Source: a virus (taxonomy: Duplodnaviria; Caudoviricetes). From it: DNA of 64,000 bases. The position numbers and the translations under genes were made by a program. The stretch is from positions 1-64,000 of IMG/VR virus record IMGVR_UViG_3300028567_000401, one strand, 5' to 3'. Under the pieces are notes generated by a model. It was not told the DNA's origin. It searched no databases and saw nothing but the letters and a program-made list of their open reading frames with translations. Below, piece after piece: positions 56,974-64,000 of the stretch; the first letter of the stretch is position 1, and each line of letters starts with the position of its first letter.

Positions 56974-59874
56974 TTGAAAACTAATTACGGTTCATCTGTA
57001 AGTATAATATGTCATAAAATGGAAAAAAAACTTATTTCTCAAGAGATTATTGAATCTTTTCTTAATGGTGCAGACTCCGAAGAATTTATCGTTAATATTG
57101 AATATGATTATAGAAGAAACATAATCTATAAAATAATACAAGATCCTGTTAAAGGTAAAATTGTAAAACAGGATACTATTATTCCCTTTTTATGGGTAGG
57201 AGATCTAACTGAATTAAATTTTTATCAAAAAAATAAAACCCTTCAAAAAGATAAGATATTAGAGCACGGTATTATAATAGAACCACTTAAAACATATGGA
57301 AATCAAAGATTAGAAAGAGGTTTAAAATATCTTGTTAAAAGTGTGAAAGGATATACTAATCTGTTAAATTTTTTTAAGCAAGGAGGTATAGATCCATGGA
57401 GTGATAAATACAAGGAATATTTTCAAATTTTATCAATTACTGAACAATATCTTATTCAAAAGAAAAAACGTCTGTTTAAAGGTATTGAAGATTATTCAGA
57501 TATTCATAGATTTATGTTTGATATTGAAACCAGTGGTTTAAATCCTGAAGTTGATAAAATTATTCTTATTGGTGTAAAAGATAATCGTGGATTAAGGAAA
57601 TTAATTGATGCCATTGGAAAAGATGGCGAAAAAGGTTGTATTCAAGAATTTTTTAATATCATTAAAGAAACCAAACCTACAATTATTGGTGGGCATAATT
57701 CAGCATCATTTGACTGGCCATTTATTTTAAAACGTGCCGAGATATTAAAAATGAATATATACGAAATAACTCAAATTATATATCCTGAGCCAATTAAAGT
57801 TAAAGAAAGAATATTAAAACTCGCAAATGAAATTGAACCATATAATCAATATGTAATTTGGGGATTTAATATAATTGATACATCACATTCTGTTCGCAGA
57901 GCACAAGCAATTAATTCAGATATTAAGTCTTGGGGATTGAAATACATAGTAAAATACCTTGAAAAAGAAAAACCAAATCGAATATATATTGACGGTTCAA
58001 AAATTTCAAAAATATATATAGAAAATGAAAGTTATTATGTTAATCCAAAATCTGGCGGATGGCGTAAAATTGGAGATCCGGGGACAGAAAATCTTTTAGA
58101 AAGATTTCCCGGAAAATATGAAATTTGGTCGGGTAGAAAACTTGTTGAACAATATCTTGATGATGACCTTTACGAAACCATGATAGTAGATGATTCATTT
58201 TGTCAATCAACATTTTTACTATCAAAATTAGTTCCAACAGCATATGAAAGAATAACCACAATGGGAACGGCAACATTATGGAAATTAATAATGTTAGCTT
58301 GGTCATATGAATATAATCTAGCAATACCTGAGAAAGATGAAAGAAGACCAATTACAGGCGGATTATCTAGATTATTAAAAGTAGGTTACTCTAAAAATAT
58401 TGTAAAATTTGACTATACTTCTCTTTATCCATCAATACAATTGGCACATAATGTTTTTCCTGATTGTGATGTTATGGGAGCACAGAAAGCAATGTTAAAA
58501 TATTTTCGTAATCTTCGTATAAATTATAAAAGACTTAAAGAAGAAAATGAAAAAATAAATCCTGAATTATCTGAATATTATGATAGAAAACAACTTCCAC
58601 TTAAAATTTTTATTAATGCATATTTTGGATCTTGTTCCGCCCCAAAAGTTTTTCATTGGGGAGATATGAATATTGGTGAAACTATTACATGTACTGGCCG
58701 ACAATATCTTCGTATGACAATTATGTGGTTCATGAAAAAAGGATATGAACCAATTACAATGGATACTGATGGTATTTGTTTTGCGATTCCCAATGATGTT
58801 AATGAACATCAATATATTGGAAAAGGTAGTAATGAATTAGTTATTAAAGATAAAAAATATAATGGTGTTGAAGCTGATTGCGCAGAGTTTAATGATATAT
58901 TTTTGAGAAATGAAATGGGACTAGATATTGATTATATTGCGCAATCAATGGTTAATATTTCAAGAAAAAATTATATATTAAAAATAACTAAAAAGGGAAA
59001 AGAAAAAATAAAATTAACTGGCAACACTATTAAATCCAAAAAATTACCACAATATATTGTAGAATTTATGAATGATGGCTTTAATTTTTTATTAAATGGC
59101 GATGGTCAATCATTTATAAATTTATATTATTCATATATTGAAAAATTATATAATCATAAAATTCCTTTAGTAAAAATAGCAAATAAAGCTCGTGTAAAAC
59201 AAACAATTGAAGATTATAAAAAATATATTAAAAAAGTTACTAAATCAGGTTCACTTATGCCTAGACAAACTCATATGGAACTCATATGGAGAGATCAATA
59301 TCCAGCAACATTAGGAGAAACAATATATTATGTAAATAATGGCAATAAAAAATCATGTGGTGATGTAGAAAAAAACCGTAAAACTGGTGAAATTGATATT
59401 AATTGTTATATGATTAATGAATTTGATATTTTAAATAATCCTGATATGACTGGTGAATATAATGTTGAAAAATACATTGGAAATTTTAATAAACGTATTG
59501 AACCATTACTTGTTGTATTTAATCCAGAAATAAGAAATGATATTTTAGTTACAAATCCTGAAAATAGACAATATTTAACATCATTACAATGTGAACTTGA
59601 TCGCGGACATCCATTAAAATCTGATGGTCAAGATAAATTAGATGAAATTTTAACTCTTTCTGATATGGAAGTATTGTTTTGGAATCGAATAAATATAGAT
59701 CCATATTACATGTATGTGGAAGATACTCTTTCGCTTGTTGACCAAGATTGGGTTAATCACAATCGAAAAGTCATGAAAAAAGAAGATAAAGGTATTATCA
59801 ATAATAAAGAAGATGAAATAATTGATAATGATGGTAGAGATTTAGCATATATCACGATACTGAAATTTAAATAA
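56974..59874 (+). CDS. polB: Family B DNA polymerase (true start may be the ATG of MEKKLISQ)
   Basis: Exonuclease motifs FDIETSG, HNSASFDW and YLDDD; polymerase motifs DYTSLYPS, KIFINAYFG and MDTDG. Confidence 0.92.
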   Translation: MKTNYGSSVSIICHKMEKKLISQEIIESFLNGADSEEFIVNIEYDYRRNIIYKIIQDPVKGKIVKQDTIIPFLWVGDLTELNFYQKNKTLQKDKILEHGIIIEPLKTYGNQRLERGLKYLVKSVKGYTNLLNFFKQGGIDPWSDKYKEYFQILSITEQYLIQKKKRLFKGIEDYSDIHRFMFDIETSGLNPEVDKIILIGVKDNRGLRKLIDAIGKDGEKGCIQEFFNIIKETKPTIIGGHNSASFDWPFILKRAEILKMNIYEITQIIYPEPIKVKERILKLANEIEPYNQYVIWGFNIIDTSHSVRRAQAINSDIKSWGLKYIVKYLEKEKPNRIYIDGSKISKIYIENESYYVNPKSGGWRKIGDPGTENLLERFPGKYEIWSGRKLVEQYLDDDLYETMIVDDSFCQSTFLLSKLVPTAYERITTMGTATLWKLIMLAWSYEYNLAIPEKDERRPITGGLSRLLKVGYSKNIVKFDYTSLYPSIQLAHNVFPDCDVMGAQKAMLKYFRNLRINYKRLKEENEKINPELSEYYDRKQLPLKIFINAYFGSCSAPKVFHWGDMNIGETITCTGRQYLRMTIMWFMKKGYEPITMDTDGICFAIPNDVNEHQYIGKGSNELVIKDKKYNGVEADCAEFNDIFLRNEMGLDIDYIAQSMVNISRKNYILKITKKGKEKIKLTGNTIKSKKLPQYIVEFMNDGFNFLLNGDGQSFINLYYSYIEKLYNHKIPLVKIANKARVKQTIEDYKKYIKKVTKSGSLMPRQTHMELIWRDQYPATLGETIYYVNNGNKKSCGDVEKNRKTGEIDINCYMINEFDILNNPDMTGEYNVEKYIGNFNKRIEPLLVVFNPEIRNDILVTNPENRQYLTSLQCELDRGHPLKSDGQDKLDEILTLSDMEVLFWNRINIDPYYMYVEDTLSLVDQDWVNHNRKVMKKEDKGIINNKEDEIIDNDGRDLAYITILKFK

Positions 59875-60235
59875 TATGTATATATAGTTTTTCTCTTATT
59901 GGAACAATTAATTTACTTGTATTATTTCCAGACCCATCTTTAAATTGAATTATAAATTTACCTTCAAATTTTCCAGATTGCGATGTTTGTTCTTCGGTAA
60001 ATCTATATGTAATATAGTACTCATCGGTTGTCTGATTGTATTTTTTCATTCTTAATGTTAATGAGCATTTTCCACCAAGAATTATGGGAGATCCGGTTTT
60101 AATATCAGTCATTTCAAATGTAATATTTGAATTTTCCAATAAAGTATTATATGTGGATTTATCATTTTTTCCATCATCAATTAATCTCATTTTTAATATC
60201 GGGTCAGTTGCCCCTTGTCTAATATAAAAGTCCAT
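59867..60235 (-). CDS. BppU N-terminal-like Ig-fold virion protein
   Basis: FYIRQGATDP.LK.RL...Y.FT..QT...G.FEGKF.I...LIVP pattern. Confidence 0.55.
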   Translation of the reverse strand: MDFYIRQGATDPILKMRLIDDGKNDKSTYNTLLENSNITFEMTDIKTGSPIILGGKCSLTLRMKKYNQTTDEYYITYRFTEEQTSQSGKFEGKFIIQFKDGSGNNTSKLIVPIREKLYIHII

Positions 60236-60265
60236 ATCTTATAAGTTTTATATCATCATTATTAT

Positions 60266-62131
60266 TTATGTTATGGTATAAATTGATGCATTATTCCAAT
60301 CATTATCATATGCACAATATCCACATGATCCTGTTGACCATGTTGCATTATCACGTATTTCTAAAATAAAAGATTTATCTCGATATTGTGTTTCTATTAG
60401 ATTGCTAGAAACCCATTCTTGATTTCCAATACATATTGTTTTGTACTTCATGCCATTATTACCAATATAAATTCCTGTTTGTCCATTTAATAATGTTGTT
60501 GTATCTTTAATTAATCTTATTGATAATCCAAAATTAATTCTTTTAGTAGTTAATGAAAAAATTTCATCCAAGTTATTTAAAACCACAACGTAATAAGTAT
60601 TGTTTATACGAGATATAGAACATGTCCAAAAATATCCAAAATTACGAAAATCTAAAAAGTCACCATCTGTATTCCTTAATCCACCACCTCTCCCATTAAA
60701 TTTACTTAAATTTGTTGCATCTCTATTTGGCGCATTCCAATAAAATAAACCTATTTCTTTTGCCGATCCGCCAGAATTCCCATACATTGAAATAAGATTA
60801 TTAAATAAGATATTAAAATCATCAATTGTTGGTACATGGAATCCCGGTGCTGCGATATTTCTATGATTATCTATAACACAACCATTATATAGTAAACCAT
60901 ATACTACTGGGGGATCTAATCTAAGATTTGGGGTGCATATTTTTTCACATTCTGAAATATCATAATGTTTTTTTGTTCGTGTTAAATACCGATTATGAAG
61001 GTATACATAATCCATTACATCTTCAAAATATGCTGCATATTTAATGATATAACAAAATATTCCTGCGTGTTGTCCATTTGAACCATTTACGCCGCCGCCA
61101 ATAACATGAGTAAATGGTTGATATCCTCTATTCGATAAAATAACATCTTCCCAGTTTTTTATTTTATAGACTAATCTAGCATTATGATATATTTTTAATG
61201 TACCTAATCTTTTATATCGATTATTATTCCATTTGCTATTTAATTTTTCTGTCGTACCCGATATAATTAAATCACCCCATCCACCTTCATTAGATAAATC
61301 ACATTCATCATTATTATCATATATATTATTTTTTTCAAATGTAATTGTTATATTAAAGTCATTTATTGTACCATTAGTACATAAGGCATTTTCCGTTTTA
61401 CCAGAATCAACATAATACATAGCTGTATAGCCAGAAACCGAATTACAATATCCTGAATATCTATATGCTACCCATTGAATTTTTCCGTCTGTTGTAAATC
61501 GAAAAGACAATCCATTATCTGCAAAATTTTCTACATCATATTCATCTCTTACGCCTTTAAACCAAAATACGCTTTCAGACCAATTTTCGTCTCCGTTTTT
61601 ATTAAAAATAAAATCAAGAGTCCATCCTTTTAATACATTTCTAGCAAGAAAATCATCACAGTTATCAGAACCACCGCCTTCATTAGTGATAAGAACTATT
61701 GGTACTTTGTTACAAATTTTTTGCACCGGACAACAAATTTCTGTTAAATTACTTAATTGTTCAGCACAACGAATAATATTACTTGTAAATCCATCAATTA
61801 CTTCTTGTTCTGTTAATGGACTAAGTAAAGGATCAATAAATGGTATTATATCTTCATGATATTCAACAATTTGAAAATAATGCGTTTCACCAGTAATTCC
61901 CGTATAAATAAAAATATCATTATTTAAAATAACATTCGAATACATATGGTCTGATGTATCAAAATGTGAACAAAAATTGCTATAAATTAGGTGTAAAGTT
62001 AAACCAGAATATATATATTCAGTATCATTAATAATATTATTATACTCAATTAAATGAATGATATTATAATTACAAATATTATCAGTTATTCCTGTTAATT
62101 CATATATTGGTTCTGCGGTAAATGTTGACAT
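60266..62131 (-). CDS. Virion-associated protein with a C-terminal, circularly permuted FISUMP (Fib_succ_major) domain
   Basis: YGLLYN, GFHVPT, FNGRGGGLR, GYFWT and GLSIRLIKD are followed by YKTICIGNQEWVSSNL. Confidence 0.7.
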   Translation of the reverse strand: MSTFTAEPIYELTGITDNICNYNIIHLIEYNNIINDTEYIYSGLTLHLIYSNFCSHFDTSDHMYSNVILNNDIFIYTGITGETHYFQIVEYHEDIIPFIDPLLSPLTEQEVIDGFTSNIIRCAEQLSNLTEICCPVQKICNKVPIVLITNEGGGSDNCDDFLARNVLKGWTLDFIFNKNGDENWSESVFWFKGVRDEYDVENFADNGLSFRFTTDGKIQWVAYRYSGYCNSVSGYTAMYYVDSGKTENALCTNGTINDFNITITFEKNNIYDNNDECDLSNEGGWGDLIISGTTEKLNSKWNNNRYKRLGTLKIYHNARLVYKIKNWEDVILSNRGYQPFTHVIGGGVNGSNGQHAGIFCYIIKYAAYFEDVMDYVYLHNRYLTRTKKHYDISECEKICTPNLRLDPPVVYGLLYNGCVIDNHRNIAAPGFHVPTIDDFNILFNNLISMYGNSGGSAKEIGLFYWNAPNRDATNLSKFNGRGGGLRNTDGDFLDFRNFGYFWTCSISRINNTYYVVVLNNLDEIFSLTTKRINFGLSIRLIKDTTTLLNGQTGIYIGNNGMKYKTICIGNQEWVSSNLIETQYRDKSFILEIRDNATWSTGSCGYCAYDNDWNNASIYTIT

Positions 62132-62151
62132 AATTATAAATAGTTTTATTA

Positions 62152-62349
62152 TTATTTACCATTAGTATATTGTGGTACATAATCAATAGTATTATCACCT
62201 AAAGTATAATCATAATATTCAGAATAATCTAATATAATATCAATTTTACCTAAGATATTATCTACTAGTTCATAATCATAATATTCTGAGAAATCTAAGG
62301 TAATATCTAACTTTATTGTACCGTGTTTTAAAATATCCTGTGTATTCAT
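62152..62349 (-). CDS. Small hypothetical protein with an internal LD(F/Y)SEYYDY repeat (likely start at ATG 62349)
   Basis: LDITLDFSEYYDYEL and IDIILDYSEYYDYTL; upstream TATTTATT motif. Confidence 0.6.
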   Translation of the reverse strand: MNTQDILKHGTIKLDITLDFSEYYDYELVDNILGKIDIILDYSEYYDYTLGDNTIDYVPQYTNGK

Positions 62350-62410
62350 ATTTAATAAATATCTTATAATATCTTTCACATAATTGGATATTTATATAAA
62401 AACTATTATA

Positions 62411-63178
62411 ATGGATAATTTCGTTAAACAAGTTATTGAAGAAAAATTTGCATCTAAAAAACAACAAAGATATTTTTATGCAAAAGCAAATGATAAGTCT
62501 TTACCTAAAAAAGAAAGAAAAAAATGGAAAAAATGGTCAGAAGAATTTTCTGATAAAACAGATTTTACTAAATTGCCCGAAAAGGCTGAAGAACAATTAA
62601 ATCCAGAAAATGAAATTGAAGAAATTGTTGACTTTAATGGAAATATAAAATATGGCAACAAACCCGGTAATCTCAATGGATTTATCAGATCTAAAAAAAC
62701 ATCTGACGAAGTTGTATCTGCAACAATGGGGCAAATGGGAACTTTTGGTATTTTAGGCGGTCCCACAAATGCCAGTAAAACATTAAAATATTGGGCAGAA
62801 TCTGATATGAGTAAAGCACTTGGTGCTGATGAAACAATTGCAGATCCAGATACGAATTATAATGACGCTGTGGACACTTTTCAAGACAAATTAGATGTTC
62901 CTGAAGATGAGGCAAAAGAAAGAGCAAAACAAATGGGATATGATCCTCAATTACCTGATGGAAAAATAAGATTAATTGAAAATCCATTAAATTATATTAA
63001 TGAATATTTAACCAAAAAAACAAAAAGAAGTGAACTTGTAAAAAAAAGTAATAATAATATTGATAAAAAAACTATTAATCCAATAATTAGAAGACAGTTG
63101 AAATCAATAAAGCAAACATTAAAAAATAATAATTTAAGTCTTCAAGACATAACTGAATATTTAGAAGACGATGAATAG
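62411..63178 (+). CDS. Hypothetical protein (likely start at ATG 62411)
   Basis: Long ORF; FASKKQQRYFYAKA motif; upstream TATTTATA motif. Confidence 0.75.
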   Translation: MDNFVKQVIEEKFASKKQQRYFYAKANDKSLPKKERKKWKKWSEEFSDKTDFTKLPEKAEEQLNPENEIEEIVDFNGNIKYGNKPGNLNGFIRSKKTSDEVVSATMGQMGTFGILGGPTNASKTLKYWAESDMSKALGADETIADPDTNYNDAVDTFQDKLDVPEDEAKERAKQMGYDPQLPDGKIRLIENPLNYINEYLTKKTKRSELVKKSNNNIDKKTINPIIRRQLKSIKQTLKNNNLSLQDITEYLEDDE

Positions 63179-63668
63179 TGAATTAAAAGATAGAGTTTTT
63201 AATATTCGGCCCGATATTTTGGACTTTTTAAAAAAACAAAAAGAAATTCCTGGATTAAAAAGAAATAAAAATCTTCTTGAAAAAGGACAAGTAACGTATG
63301 GCCAATTAAAAAGAATATTACATGATTTAAAAAAAATAAATAAATTTAAAGATCTAGATAAATATAATTATTATGGTGGTGATTTAATGAAAAATTGGGG
63401 AATAATGATATTAACCAACGAACGAAATTTAATTCGAGATAGAAAAGAATCAGAAAAAATTGCAAATGATATTGCAGGACTAAATGGTATTAGAAAAAAT
63501 TCTTTTATTAGGCGACACTCAAAAAATACTTTATCACCGAGAATTTCAGTAAATAATATCGTTAAACCAAAATCTAATTCGGAAAAATTTACTAATTCTT
63601 CAATGTTTTCAGCTAAATCAATGAAATTATTTGAACAAATAAATAGAATTAAAAAATTAATGCTATAA
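63171..63668 (+). CDS. Basic hypothetical protein
   Basis: 165-aa ATG ORF translationally coupled to its neighbours. Confidence 0.75.
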   Translation: MNSELKDRVFNIRPDILDFLKKQKEIPGLKRNKNLLEKGQVTYGQLKRILHDLKKINKFKDLDKYNYYGGDLMKNWGIMILTNERNLIRDRKESEKIANDIAGLNGIRKNSFIRRHSKNTLSPRISVNNIVKPKSNSEKFTNSSMFSAKSMKLFEQINRIKKLML

Positions 63669-64000
63669 TGCCAACAATTTTAGAAACAATAGCAAATCAA
63701 CAAAGAACTGAGCATTTATCTCGTAATTATTATGATTATGATAATGAATATTCATCAAGTCATAAAAATGCACTTTCAACCGGCGATGAAAAAGGTAAGG
63801 GTCAAGTTGGTGATACCGGTCCAGTTGGTGGTTTAACAGATATTAATACAAGAACTGATAACTTAGGAAGAAATTATTATGATCCAAATAATCCATACGG
63901 GCCAACACACTCAAATGCACTTTCAACTGGCGATGAAAAAGGTAAGGGTCAAGTTGGTGATACCGGTCCAGTTGGTGGCTTAACTGATATTAATACAAGA
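63668..64000 (+). CDS. Hypothetical protein, 3'-truncated by the window edge, with a 49-aa internal repeat
   Basis: TAATG coupling at 63666-63670; MPTILETIANQQRTEHLSRNYYD... open to the window end; NALSTGDEKGKGQVGDTGPVGGLTDINTR at 63767 and 63914. Confidence 0.75.
   Translation, partial: MPTILETIANQQRTEHLSRNYYDYDNEYSSSHKNALSTGDEKGKGQVGDTGPVGGLTDINTRTDNLGRNYYDPNNPYGPTHSNALSTGDEKGKGQVGDTGPVGGLTDINTR

Noticed and set aside
1-64000. Alternative genetic code (TAG or TGA reassignment), as seen in some jumbo phages
   Set aside because: Genes up to 9 kb are fully open in the standard code and coding density is high; no fragmentation pattern.
1-64000. tRNA, rRNA, group I/II introns, retron or DGR reverse transcriptase
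   Set aside because: No cloverleaf, rRNA-like or RT (YxDD) signatures were recognised, and nrdJ and polB are uninterrupted. A covariance-model scan was not possible, so small RNAs cannot be fully excluded.

Overview
AT-rich 64 kb segment of a large (jumbo-type) tailed dsDNA phage with a contractile tail, read in the standard genetic code. It carries a myovirus tail, baseplate and neck module (sheath, tube, chaperone, tape measure, gp25-like, gp6-like and neck genes). A replication/recombination block is embedded in that module (class II RNR, DnaB-like helicase with an intein, 5'-3' exonuclease, RecA-like, SSB), and an SNF2 helicase and family B polymerase lie further right. TAnnTTTG promoter-like motifs and Bacteroidota-type cargo domains suggest a Bacteroidota host (inference). 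The most notable items are: (1) three adjacent giant virion genes (1-19410), each with a structural N-terminus followed by Ser/Thr/Pro linkers displaying carbohydrate-active or binding modules, one of them missed by the ORF track; (2) a likely +1 frameshift at UUU_UUU_CGU in the tail chaperone; (3) a class 3 (WCT) intein starting with Glu; (4) two abutting non-coding tandem arrays next to an internally deleted IS607-type element that keeps a TnpB-like structured right end; (5) a recurring upstream TATTTAT(A/T) motif, a candidate late promoter. All functional calls come from motifs recognised by eye; no database searches were run. No tRNA, rRNA or CRISPR array was seen.
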